A stretch of 64,000 nt of DNA from a virus. This document shows, one piece after another, positions 9,280-18,925 of this stretch. Location of the stretch: positions 2,382 through 66,381 of IMG/VR virus record IMGVR_UViG_3300033149_004564. One strand, given 5' to 3'. How positions within the stretch are numbered: the first letter of the stretch is position 1; every line of letters begins with the position of its first letter. A program made the position numbers and the translations under genes. The notes under the pieces were generated by a model. That model worked only from the letters and a program-made list of their open reading frames with translations. It made no database searches and had not been told where the DNA came from.

Positions 9280-10239
9280 CTATTCCTTTTTAAATATAAG
9301 TCCATATTCGTGGCGCTTTGGAATTGTCTTTGTCTCAATTATCTTTTGTGCAAATGTAGCACCAAATGGATATCCAAGATCAATGATCACAATATCTTTT
9401 ATTGTAAAACCAGCCTTTTTCATACAGGTTATAGTATCATTATGATAGGAATAAAAAACCCCGCCTTTTCTAAAATCATTCACAAACCAAGCACAATATG
9501 CACCATGCTTCAAGCATCTATAGTTCTCTTTCATAATTAGAAATAAATTTTTCATAAACTTTCTATACGTCACCTGTTTTCCAAGCTGTTCTGGTTCATC
9601 ACCATATTGTTCAATATCCCAATATGGTGGACTCGTAATAGTAAAATCACCATATTCATCAGAAGTAAATTTCATGTCTCTACTATCTTGTTCAAACAAT
9701 TCTATTTTACACTCAAATTGTTTTCTTAACTTTACTGCTATTTCTTTATTTATTTCCATAAAATTATGGCTAATATCATAACCATGATAATTACGTCCTT
9801 CTCGTACAGTCATTTCCATCCTACTATTATGTCCTGCGAAAGGGTCAACAAACACATCACCAGGATTTGTATAAAGTCTAATCAAAATATTACCAACATT
9901 GTCTGGAAACTTTGAAAGTGCGCCACGCCGACCACCTTGACTACTACGCCCTAATCCTGAAGCTAATTTTAAAATTGAATTTGAAGGAAAACCAGTTTTA
10001 TTCCTACCAAGTTTAATTCCTTTTACAGTTTTATCCATTGATTCAAGATAGCTATTTGCAGCATGTTTATCAGATATTTTTGAATTCTTAGTAGCTACCA
10101 TAATAGAAGTAGGAATCTCACCACCAAAAAGTTTAATGATCTCTTTTCTTCTTGATTTACTATATGCAAGTGCGTTGATTGTTTTTCCTTTTACTTTTTG
10201 TGGTTTGTCTGATACAAAAGATTTTAATTTCTCCGTCAC
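9280..10239 (-). CDS. DNA amino-methyltransferase (N4-C/N6-A)
   Basis: motif I 'VDPFAG' and motif IV 'TSPPYW'. Confidence 0.85.
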   Translation of the reverse strand: MTEKLKSFVSDKPQKVKGKTINALAYSKSRRKEIIKLFGGEIPTSIMVATKNSKISDKHAANSYLESMDKTVKGIKLGRNKTGFPSNSILKLASGLGRSSQGGRRGALSKFPDNVGNILIRLYTNPGDVFVDPFAGHNSRMEMTVREGRNYHGYDISHNFMEINKEIAVKLRKQFECKIELFEQDSRDMKFTSDEYGDFTITSPPYWDIEQYGDEPEQLGKQVTYRKFMKNLFLIMKENYRCLKHGAYCAWFVNDFRKGGVFYSYHNDTITCMKKAGFTIKDIVIIDLGYPFGATFAQKIIETKTIPKRHEYGLIFKKE

Positions 10240-10992
10240 TTTTTAATCCTATTCTAAGTTTTTTGGAAAACTAAGACTTAAATCTACTAATCTTAAATTT
10301 TGCCCTAACAACCTTTCCACCGCAAAGAGAAGCAAGTTTGTTTGCTGTATCTTTACACATAACTTCAGAAATTGAATTATCAGAAAACAATATTTGATGC
10401 TTGCCCCATCTTTTATTAAATTTTTTGTTTTTATGTCTACCAGAAGGACCAAAAATTAAAATCTTAATTAACCACAATAATCCAACTAATACTATAAGTA
10501 TTCCATAACACTGTAAAAATAAAATAAACACAATTTATCCTTTCTGTGCTTTGATCTCTGCTTTTGCTTCTTTAAGTAAAGTTTTTATTGCATTAAAAAA
10601 ATCTTCTGGGACAACCCACTCAGGGTGTCCGGTCATACCTGTAATTTTAACTAACTTTGTATCTGGCTTTTCTGATGGATATGCAGGATATTCAAAGAAA
10701 ATTGGAAAAGTCTGTAAAAAATTTCTTGTAGTATGTACCAGGACTTTAGCCATTATAGCTCCTGTCTGAGATTAGTAACAAATGCAGTACCATATATTTG
10801 TTTTAAGCAAGAGAAGCAAATTGTTTTCTTGTTCTTTACATGAAATAATTGCTTTTTTAAAATAGAATTAACTTTTTCTGTATTATCAATTGTCTTACCA
10901 CAATACATTATTGAACAATTATTGAACAAAGTGCAATGACGTATATGTGTTTTATTTTTACTCATTTTACATCCAATTTAGTTTATTTTACT

Positions 10993-11010
10993 CTCTACTA
11001 TATTATACAA
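10993..11010 (-). promoter_or_regulatory. conserved phage promoter motif copy
   Basis: TTGTATAATATAGTAGAG, intergenic, upstream of 10753-10965. Confidence 0.75.
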
Positions 11011-11014
11011 AAAA

Positions 11015-11521
11015 TCATTCACCACCAGCAGAACTATCTTTGTTCCAATCGCGCTTTAGCACTTTTTTACCTACATCATTAATTGCTGCTTCAAGACTAA
11101 TACCATATAAATTGCAATAATTCAGCAAATAAACAATAATGTCTCCAATAGCATCTATTCTATCATGCTGTGCTTTGTCTGGCTCTGATAGAAGCTTCTC
11201 ACGGGTATATTCTCTAATACACTGCTCTTCTTTCAAGTCAACATGTGAAAGCTCACCAAGCTCTTCTATTAAGCCGGTACGCTGTTGATTAGCAAGCATT
11301 CTGCGATAAAACTCTTCTGGTATGATAACAGTATGCTTATTTGAAGGACAAATATAATTTTCTGGCCTAGTAGCGGTCTTTATTAATTTTTCTTTACAAA
11401 TAGAACAACGTAAAGAAAAGTTTTCATTTAACCATACACCAAATCTTGCTTGTAATGAGCTTATATCAATCATTGGGTTTTCCGTCCTTTCGAGTGATGG
11501 GAACTGTAACTGATTCTGCAT
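11015..11521 (-). CDS. MazG-like NTP pyrophosphohydrolase with Zn-ribbon insert
   Basis: 'GLIEELGELSH...DAIGDIIVYL'; CSIC...CP..KH insert. Confidence 0.8.
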   Translation of the reverse strand: MQNQLQFPSLERTENPMIDISSLQARFGVWLNENFSLRCSICKEKLIKTATRPENYICPSNKHTVIIPEEFYRRMLANQQRTGLIEELGELSHVDLKEEQCIREYTREKLLSEPDKAQHDRIDAIGDIIVYLLNYCNLYGISLEAAINDVGKKVLKRDWNKDSSAGGE

Positions 11522-11724
11522 AAACAGGACAACTACAAATTGTCATCACAGGCTCTTTTGGTAAAGAACAACCGCTATTTTTAATATTTTCTCCGTTTTT
11601 CTTTTGTACTGTTGCTCTACATTTGATAATAATTTCCATAATATAAAATCCTTATGTATAAAATAAAGAATAGACTAAAATAAATGCAATCTACCCAAAA
11701 TAATTTTCTGAAATTTTATAAGAT

Positions 11725-12537
11725 TTAAGTATCAAGCAATAGTTTTGATTTTGTTGCTTCACTAATTTCTCCACCTAAATTACCATTTTCACCAACTTCA
11801 ACAAATTCTGCTTCTACTATTACCTGTTTTTTATCTGAACCATCATCGGACATAAGATATTTTTCAAATTCTTTTCTACTCTCACTCTCTGCTGGCAGTT
11901 TTAATAAATCTGCAAAGGTATTTGCTTTAGTCTCAGTAGACGTTTTTTGTAGGTTTGTCATTGTATTAAAAAGTAATTCTGTCAATTTATTTTGTGCTGG
12001 TGCTTTGTCATGCAACTTCACGCTGATTGAACCGTCTTTACGTTGAGATATTTCTTTTATTACTGTGGTATCACCCATTTTTCTTAATAATTTAAGAGAT
12101 TTATTTTTAATATAAACTTTATCTCTCATGTACCCAGTAATAGGATCGGGTATTTTCTTTACACCAACAAAATCTGTAATATCAGAATTAGCTATTTTTA
12201 TAAGCTCACTAACTATTTTATATGCTGTAATATCAAAATCAAGTAACATCGGAAGTAAAATTTGACGAACCCTACGCCTAACAAGCGGTTTCTTCCAGTA
12301 GTAATGTGCTGTTTTGTTTATTGAGGTTCTTGAAGCTTTTTTAGTAATCGAACCGGTAGCAATAGCAGCTTTTGTTAAACTACCGTATGCTGCATATGCA
12401 TGAGCAAATTTTTCTTCCCTAATTGGAAGATTAATCTCTTCAAGCATTAATTCTCTATCAGCAGCCTCAATACTTTTTGTCTGCTCGATTAGAGCAGAGA
12501 TATTGATATTTTTATTTGTATTCTGATTAGCACCCAC
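11725..12537 (-). CDS. terS: terminase small subunit
   Basis: 'EEKFAHAY...TKAAIATG', 'ELIKIANSDITDFV', 'IKEIS..KDG.ISVKLHDK'. Confidence 0.75.
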   Translation of the reverse strand: MGANQNTNKNINISALIEQTKSIEAADRELMLEEINLPIREEKFAHAYAAYGSLTKAAIATGSITKKASRTSINKTAHYYWKKPLVRRRVRQILLPMLLDFDITAYKIVSELIKIANSDITDFVGVKKIPDPITGYMRDKVYIKNKSLKLLRKMGDTTVIKEISQRKDGSISVKLHDKAPAQNKLTELLFNTMTNLQKTSTETKANTFADLLKLPAESESRKEFEKYLMSDDGSDKKQVIVEAEFVEVGENGNLGGEISEATKSKLLLDT

Positions 12538-12699
12538 CTATTTCTTCCTCCATTAGAAAAATTTAATTGGCTTTCTTTTTCCATTTAGGCTTAGGGATTA
12601 TTCTCATCACTGCACCACAGCCTAAACATTTAATTTCATTCTTACTAATTAGCTTTACAAGCACATCATGGCATTTACACATTATACACTCCATTCATT

Positions 12700-13203
12700 T
12701 TATTTCTCCTTTGACATTTTTATTTCTATAATTGGCTCTGAGCAATAAATATTATATTTACATGCTGTTTTAACGGCCTCTGCTGGAGAAAATCCCATAT
12801 CTAATGCCGCATACGCATATTCTCTGCCAGACCCGATTGCTATGTGTGTTTTTACTTCATCAACAAAAAAACCAACTGACCGAAAGGCTCTTCCAGCCAC
12901 CCCATAAATATATGAATTTTCTATTTTATGTTCTCCTTGTTTCTCTTTTTTCCAACTGGCAAACTCAACCAGTAATTCTAAAATTGAACCAACTTCACCA
13001 GACTTCGGGCAATGTGTCCTTAAAAATACACAAAACATTGCTGCCTCATCACATTTACCCACAGCACCCAGAACAATATCTTTTACTTGAATCAGCTTGA
13101 CAAATGTTGTTTCCTTCGTATTTTGCATATCACCGCTCGTTATTGCTGAGTCAGCAGCAAATTCTATTTTATCCCCCTTGATTCTGCAAGTCACGACACT
13201 CAT
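12700..13203 (-). CDS. HslV/proteasome-like Ntn-hydrolase peptidase
   Basis: N-terminal Ser after Met, 'AADS', 'AIGSG..YA.AAL...AEAVKTAC'. Confidence 0.8.
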   Translation of the reverse strand: MSVVTCRIKGDKIEFAADSAITSGDMQNTKETTFVKLIQVKDIVLGAVGKCDEAAMFCVFLRTHCPKSGEVGSILELLVEFASWKKEKQGEHKIENSYIYGVAGRAFRSVGFFVDEVKTHIAIGSGREYAYAALDMGFSPAEAVKTACKYNIYCSEPIIEIKMSKEK

Positions 13204-13270
13204 TTTAATCTTCCTTTTTGTTTAGTTTCCAATTGCTACAAGACATACGGCCTCAAAACTTATGAATATC

Positions 13271-13347
13271 TGGTCGGGACGGCCAGATTTGAACTGGCGA
13301 CCACTCGCTTCCAAGGCGAGTGCGCTACCTGACTGCGCTACGTCCCA
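13271..13347 (-). tRNA. tRNA-Pro(TGG) with encoded CCA
   Basis: cloverleaf: acceptor TGGGACG/CGTCCCG, D stem GCGC/GCGC, anticodon arm CTCGC-CTTGGAA-GCGAG, T arm GCCAG-TTCAAAT-CTGGC, ends ACCA. Confidence 0.93.
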
Positions 13348-13356
13348 AGAATCTAA

Positions 13357-13474
13357 TCCCGAAGTGGACCCCAACTATGATCGGCAATCTCTACCTGCGC
13401 GTCCACAGGCCGATAGCACGTTTACAAGAGATCGCGTTGGCACCGTGTGTCTGCATTCAGCAGCCACTTCGGAA
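13357..13474 (-). ncRNA. stem-closed small RNA candidate
   Basis: terminal stem CCGAAGTGG/CCACTTCGG; GC-rich; inner ATCGGC/GCCGAT helix; adjacent to the tRNA. Confidence 0.55.
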
Positions 13475-13478
13475 TATT

Positions 13479-13553
13479 TAACCTGCCGGGGCCGGATTTG
13501 AACCGGCTATCAACGTCCGATACGCTTACCGCACCACGCCGCCCGGTAGGTTA
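13479..13553 (-). ncRNA. tRNA-like RNA (acceptor-like stem plus T arm, no canonical D/anticodon arms)
   Basis: TAACCTACCGGG...GCCGG-TTCAAAT-CCGGC-CCCGGCAGGTTA. Confidence 0.6.
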
Positions 13554-13991
13554 TTCTTTATACCTAAAAAAATGATTTCTTATCTTAGCTCGTTCAATAG
13601 ATACATCTCGTTTTATTTTTACAAAAAAACCTGAATATTTTCTTTTTGCTTCATCTGCATTTCCACAAGTAAAAACTAAAAATTCATACAATAATTTTGA
13701 CCAACAAATATCAGATATTTTCCCAGCAAGATAAAAACCAAAACAAAAAGCTAATATAGCAGTTATAATTATAATTAGATAAATCATAATAAAATCGTCT
13801 TTTTTAGTTCTTCAACAGTTGTTATTGCAATTAGCTTCTCTCCAATTAAATAACTAACTTCAATGTTTGGCTCTGCTTCAAAGCACCAACCATGCACGGC
13901 GCCTTCTCCGTCATAAGCTACAGTACCGAGTGGTGAGATGGGAAGGAAGACAATTGCTTCCTTCCCATCATTTGTTAGAAATTTAAATGGC

Positions 13992-14417
13992 TTAACTCGC
14001 AATTATAACCTCTGGTTTAATCCCATCAAGAATAGCCTGAATTTCTTCCGGCGTATCAACTGCATCGGGCTTTAAAAACGTCAGTGCAGCTATAAGCAAT
14101 CTGTCAGCCTGCATATCATCAAGCTTGGCCTTTGCTCTAAATTCAGGCATAAGCAATAATTCTTTGAATGTAACAGCACTAACAGTTTTAACAATTGTGC
14201 CTTTACTCTCTTTTGTTATTGCAGGCACATCAATCCAATCGAGCCCATCATCACTAACTGAACCAGGAATAAACTTATCGCCAATAGTGTTGACCATGGC
14301 TACAATTATATCATCAATTGGAGTTTTTGTCTGTGCTGCCCGCATACCAAGAATGAAAGTAAGAAAATCAAGCCCCTTAGCAAAAAGAGACCACAAGAAA
14401 TTTCGTGGGTTGCTCAT
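13992..14417 (-). CDS. hypothetical protein with 'TKTPIDD' motif (holin/membrane-associated type)
   Basis: amphipathic N-terminus followed by T.T..DD. Confidence 0.4.
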   Translation of the reverse strand: MSNPRNFLWSLFAKGLDFLTFILGMRAAQTKTPIDDIIVAMVNTIGDKFIPGSVSDDGLDWIDVPAITKESKGTIVKTVSAVTFKELLLMPEFRAKAKLDDMQADRLLIAALTFLKPDAVDTPEEIQAILDGIKPEVIIAS

Positions 14418-15062
14418 AGTTTTAGACCCCTAACTATCGAGTAAATAATTGTATCTCTTTTCAAACAGTTTAAGCTTGCTTGTTATCTGTAAAATAACTG
14501 CTTTGTCTGCTTTAACTCCTTTTGCTTTCTTTAAATCTGTACGTAATTTTTCTCTATCTGCACACCGTCTTACTTGTACAAGTTCAAATAGCTTTCTCAT
14601 TGCATCATCACCGGTTTGGCAACGACCTACCTCAATTATTTTGTCTGTGGTTTCTCCTATTAATTCAAGTTTACCAAAAAATAAACCGATCTTTTCATCA
14701 CACGCACAAGTAACTGCCCCAAATTCTAACAACTTTGAAAAAGTATTCATCTACTTTTCTCCTCCATTTGATAAGTTGGTTTCTAACTTCTCTTTTTTAG
14801 CAAGATAAACATCGATGCTTTTAATCATTGCTCGTAATATCCACGCAACAAAAGTAAGTCGTAAAGTTACAATACATTTCTCTCGATGAGTTAATTTTTT
14901 ATACCTACTACTAAGTATTCTAAGCCTTTTCTCCATCAATTCTTTTACATTATCAAATTCAGCTTCATCAAACTTTGGTTTGTCTGGCTCATTCTCCTCT
15001 AAATATCTAAATAAATAATCCGAATTCTTATTAAACATTTTTATGGCCCCTTAGCATGAAAA

Positions 15063-15353
15063 TCACTTTGATTTATTCCACAACCAACCGCGTATTCTAC
15101 CCTCAAATTCATCAACAATAGGATAGACCGCTTCACCAAATTGTGCATACTCTTTTTCAGTTACAACATGGTCAGCAGAAATCTCTCTATACTTTATTAA
15201 AATAGCATTAAGACGCTTTGCAGTTTTCTTTAAAGCAAATTTCTTTGCAAGCATTGGAAACAAACCAACAAGCAAACTTGAAACACCTACAAGTATTTCT
15301 GGTAAATTATCAAATAACATAGTAAGAAGCATTCTGATTATTTCATTATCCAA
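15063..15353 (-). CDS. single-TM holin-like protein
   Basis: N-terminal TM, basic stretch, 'SADHVVTEKE'. Confidence 0.4.
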   Translation of the reverse strand: MDNEIIRMLLTMLFDNLPEILVGVSSLLVGLFPMLAKKFALKKTAKRLNAILIKYREISADHVVTEKEYAQFGEAVYPIVDEFEGRIRGWLWNKSK

Positions 15354-15355
15354 AA

Positions 15356-16045
15356 TTAACCTCCACGTTTAGCAGTTACAAGCAACTGCTGTAACTGAAG
15401 AAATTCAGAATAAATTCCATTGTCTGGTAATGACATAATTTCTACATCAAACTCCTCATTTTGAATATCAATTGGACGAACCTTTGAAAAAATAGTAGCA
15501 AGAAATCTATCAAACTGTGTATGATCTATAGTTGGACAACCTTTACTTAAAACTCTTGATGCATAATATCTATTTCCTTTATGTATCTCAACATCAAATT
15601 TTGAAAGCTTGTTGTTTCCTTGTTTAGTTAAAAGATCAATTTTTCCTCTTTGATCATGTATTTCAACAGAGACACCATTAATATTAAATATACAAGCTCT
15701 TTCAAGAAGAATAAAGTCATTATCTAAATCACAAAGAGAAATCGCAATATGATTGCCAGCACCACTATTTATTGGAGCAAACGGTGATTCAATATCTTTA
15801 AACGAAGTTGTAAAATGAACACCAAATTTTCCTTTATATCGTTGTTTCTGTATTGATTGAAATCTGCTATCTGTACTTGATACTCTACCATCAAATGTTG
15901 CTATTGTTTTATTGTTCATAATTAAATCAACATCGTGGTCATTTGCAATTGGCCAACCAGCACTATTTCTTAATTCACTAATCGGTAAACTATTTAACAA
16001 TTGTTGTATTTCATCATTGCTTTTTGGTGTAAATAATATTTTCAT
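15356..16045 (-). CDS. hypothetical protein
   Basis: 229-aa ORF coupled to hpt; no family recognised. Confidence 0.6.
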   Translation of the reverse strand: MKILFTPKSNDEIQQLLNSLPISELRNSAGWPIANDHDVDLIMNNKTIATFDGRVSSTDSRFQSIQKQRYKGKFGVHFTTSFKDIESPFAPINSGAGNHIAISLCDLDNDFILLERACIFNINGVSVEIHDQRGKIDLLTKQGNNKLSKFDVEIHKGNRYYASRVLSKGCPTIDHTQFDRFLATIFSKVRPIDIQNEEFDVEIMSLPDNGIYSEFLQLQQLLVTAKRGG

Positions 16046-16048
16046 TTG

Positions 16049-16597
16049 TTATTCTCCCATTTCTGATATTTGATGAATTGCCTGTAAATTTCTATATTTA
16101 TCATTTAGACCAATCCCGTAGCCAACAAGAAATTTATTATTTGCTATTAATCCATAAAAATCTGGATTAAATGTTGAAAAACTCTTTTTTATTAATACAC
16201 AGGAAAAAACCTCTTTCGGATTATACTGCTCATTTATTCTTCTTTTCAAAGCTTTTAATGTTGCACCAGAATCACAAACACTATCTAAAATTACAACAAC
16301 ATTATTATCAATATTTTCACCTTCTAAATTATAATATAAAAGTTCTGGAAGTCCAAGAGATGTTTTATATTTATCAATCTCCTGCTCTTTTGTATAAACA
16401 AAAGTATAACGAAATGGAAATAATAATTTATCAAACAAACTAAAAGCAAATTTACCGCCGCTTTTCAAAACAACAACAAATATTATTTCACGCTTTGCGC
16501 AATAAAATTCTAAACGCGCTGCTAACATAGATGATAACTTATTAGTAGCAATATCAATATCATTTGCTGTAAAAATTTTGGTGTGCTCATTAAACAT
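16049..16597 (-). CDS. hpt: hypoxanthine/purine phosphoribosyltransferase-like protein
   Basis: 'VVLKSG', PRPP loop 'VVILDSVCDSGATL', 'FLVGYGIG...YRNL'. Confidence 0.8.
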   Translation of the reverse strand: MFNEHTKIFTANDIDIATNKLSSMLAARLEFYCAKREIIFVVVLKSGGKFAFSLFDKLLFPFRYTFVYTKEQEIDKYKTSLGLPELLYYNLEGENIDNNVVVILDSVCDSGATLKALKRRINEQYNPKEVFSCVLIKKSFSTFNPDFYGLIANNKFLVGYGIGLNDKYRNLQAIHQISEMGE

Positions 16598-17232
16598 TAT
16601 TTATTAACCTTTCGGCATTTGCACCCCAACGCCTTCAACGGTAGGACATTGGCACAGTAACTACGCAAGTCGGCCATTTTGCCGGGATCGTTGATTGCAC
16701 CTTGGGCCTTACAACAAACTTCGTTGATGAGTGAAAAAAGAGCATCGTGGCTCTGATATATTCCTACGCGGTTCACTTGCAAATCTGCGATAGCCCGATC
16801 CTTCTTCATCAGCTGCCTCCGCAAGTGCTCGGCGTATTCATCAACACCCCTTAGCTGTTCCTGTAAATAGGCGGCCCGTTCCCTCGCCTCGTCCCGTTGA
16901 GATTGTAAATGACGAAGCTTTTCTTGAAGCTCATCTATCAGTTGCGCAAAACTGATTGCCCGCACTTTTTCGGGCGGTTTTGTTTCTCCGTTCTGTTCCA
17001 ACATCGGTGCTCCTTCCTTAGGTCCATTACACTTGCCTTTGTCCATTCCGCCGTAGATAACAAAACATTCCCGCCTTGTCGCAAACCATTCTATGCCACA
17101 ACCGCCCCGGAATTTTGGGTATTTTCCGCGCAACATAGGCACAGATTCATAGCCAATAAATACGGCCCTTTCTCCTGCGTGTGGGTGTGGCTCTCGAAAA
17201 ATTACGCAATCTCCGACCGATAAACTCATCAT
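16597..17232 (-). CDS. coiled-coil hypothetical protein
   Basis: GC-richer ORF with a long heptad region. Confidence 0.55.
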   Translation of the reverse strand: MMSLSVGDCVIFREPHPHAGERAVFIGYESVPMLRGKYPKFRGGCGIEWFATRRECFVIYGGMDKGKCNGPKEGAPMLEQNGETKPPEKVRAISFAQLIDELQEKLRHLQSQRDEARERAAYLQEQLRGVDEYAEHLRRQLMKKDRAIADLQVNRVGIYQSHDALFSLINEVCCKAQGAINDPGKMADLRSYCANVLPLKALGCKCRKVNK

Positions 17233-17345
17233 TCCCCCCTCCTCTGCTGTAATCAGAAGGATTTACCCGGCGCTACCACGCCGCCGCTTCGGAATATTTC
17301 ACTATCAAAACATTTTTGTCATGTTAAAGAATTAACCTGCCGTTG

Positions 17346-17594
17346 TTAAGTTATCCTAAACTCGCCGATGTCCTGCGGCGTGTTTATATCCAGTTCGTTG
17401 ATCGCGTTATGGTAGTAAACTGCTGTTCCTGATGCGTTGTTCCGCAAGTAGGTTAACACCCTAAAGAAGGTGTCCAACTCGTTCTGTGTTATCGTATCCA
17501 TTGTTGCTCCCGTTAAAGTGCCGGTGGGGCGGAAGACGTTTTTGCTTTGATCTCCGTCCTCCACCCGATATCGCAGAGTGGAACCTCTGTTCAT
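17346..17594 (-). CDS. hypothetical protein
   Basis: 82-aa ORF whose start abuts the stem-closed RNA at 17596-17708. Confidence 0.45.
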   Translation of the reverse strand: MNRGSTLRYRVEDGDQSKNVFRPTGTLTGATMDTITQNELDTFFRVLTYLRNNASGTAVYYHNAINELDINTPQDIGEFRIT

Positions 17595-17595
17595 T

Positions 17596-17708
17596 TAACC
17601 TGCCGGTGTCAGAACTACGTGCTATGCCGCTGTCCCAAGTATTATTCTGACATTCCTCAGCAACAACGAGCACTGGAGTCCGGTCGCTGTGCGCCGCCCG
17701 GCAGGTTA
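17596..17708 (-). ncRNA. stem-closed small RNA sharing ends with 13479-13553
   Basis: TAACCTGCCGG/CCGGCAGGTTA 11-bp stem; inner TGTCAGAA/TTCTGACA. Confidence 0.55.
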
Positions 17709-18002
17709 TTATTTACTTTTCCTGCTTCTTTTTCTCTCTTCTTTCTATTTCTTCTTTAATTGCCCTTACAACTTTATGTTTAATTTTAGGGTGTCTTGTT
17801 ATAGAAAGAAAAATCTGATCATTCTTTTTATTTTTGGCCAATAAAATTTTCTGTATTGTAGGATCAACCATATATTGTGCTACACGTTTTAAAAGTTCTG
17901 ATAATTTATCTTGTCGTTCTTTATTTTCTTTATATTCATTTGATGTGTTTTTATTTTTGTCTGCAACTTTTAAAATTTTCTTTTTTAACATTTCGCATCC
18001 CC

Positions 18003-18020
18003 CTCTATTATATTATACAA
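18003..18020 (-). promoter_or_regulatory. conserved phage promoter motif copy
   Basis: TTGTATAATATAATAGAG upstream of 17713-17991. Confidence 0.75.
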
Positions 18021-18044
18021 GATTTTTATTTTTAACCAACAAAA

Positions 18045-18662
18045 TTATTCCGTAATCTGTGCTACTTTGCTACCAATTGATTCTTTTTTCTCAGTTACTA
18101 TATATGCTTTATCAAGATAATCAATAAAATTCTGAGAATGTGTTGTTAAAATACATTGAATACCAAGCGATTTAAATGTTTCACGCATCATTTCTGCTGC
18201 TGTTCTCTCATTGCTCTCAGAAACAGATTTAAATGGTTCATCTAAACTAAAAGAGTGTGATTTTTCATCACTAATAGCCCAAATAGCAAGCCTAAAACCA
18301 AAACTCAGTATATCAACAACGCCCTCACCACATTCATCTTGAATACGTCTTGGTTTTCCATATTTATATAATATTGGATTGGCTTCTACTTGGTTTCTTT
18401 TTACTTCATAATTTAATTCAAAAGAATATTTATTACCAAAAACAGCTTTTAATGCCAAATTACTAATAACTTCAATTATTTCCCTGGCCTCTTGGCTACA
18501 ATCAATAAAAAGTTTTGTAATTACAGATTGGGCTTCAAGCAACTCTGATCTATCTTTTCTTCGTACAAATAGCTGTTGTTTTCTCTCTTTAAGCGCACCC
18601 TCGAAGAGGTCACGCTCATTTGTGAGTCTTGTTATATATAACACATGCTCATCTGTAGACAT
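18045..18662 (-). CDS. sbcC: SbcC/Rad50 ATPase, C-terminal half
   Basis: signature-like 'CGEGVVDILSFGFRLA', Walker B 'FSLDEPF', H-loop 'LTTHS'. Confidence 0.8.
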   Translation of the reverse strand: MSTDEHVLYITRLTNERDLFEGALKERKQQLFVRRKDRSELLEAQSVITKLFIDCSQEAREIIEVISNLALKAVFGNKYSFELNYEVKRNQVEANPILYKYGKPRRIQDECGEGVVDILSFGFRLAIWAISDEKSHSFSLDEPFKSVSESNERTAAEMMRETFKSLGIQCILTTHSQNFIDYLDKAYIVTEKKESIGSKVAQITE

Positions 18663-18925
18663 TAGCTTAAATCTCTTTCCATGAGTTTATTTAATTCACC
18701 AAGTGTGGTTTGCAATTTCTCTTCCTTCTTTCGCAACACAAGATAATTTTTCTCAATTAGTTCTTTGGCTGCTGTAATATTTAATACACCAAAATCTGCT
18801 TTTAACGCATTTAAAATTCTTTTCTTCTCCTCTTTTAGTTGCTCAAGCCTACCCTTATTTTTCTCACTTTTGCTTCGTAATCTATTTATTTTTTCAGAAA
18901 GTGCATCAAGAGATAGTGCCATCAT
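18662..18925 (-). CDS. coiled-coil protein, likely an SbcC-associated segment
   Basis: heptad-rich 87 aa between sbcD and sbcC-C. Confidence 0.6.
   Translation of the reverse strand: MMALSLDALSEKINRLRSKSEKNKGRLEQLKEEKKRILNALKADFGVLNITAAKELIEKNYLVLRKKEEKLQTTLGELNKLMERDLS

Noticed and set aside
13262-13501. 79-aa plus-strand ORF
   Set aside because: Antisense to the tRNA and small RNA cluster
13479-13553. YrlA/Y RNA (given the rtcB gene)
   Set aside because: The T arm sits in the normal 3' position rather than the permuted order, and no Ro60 gene is seen
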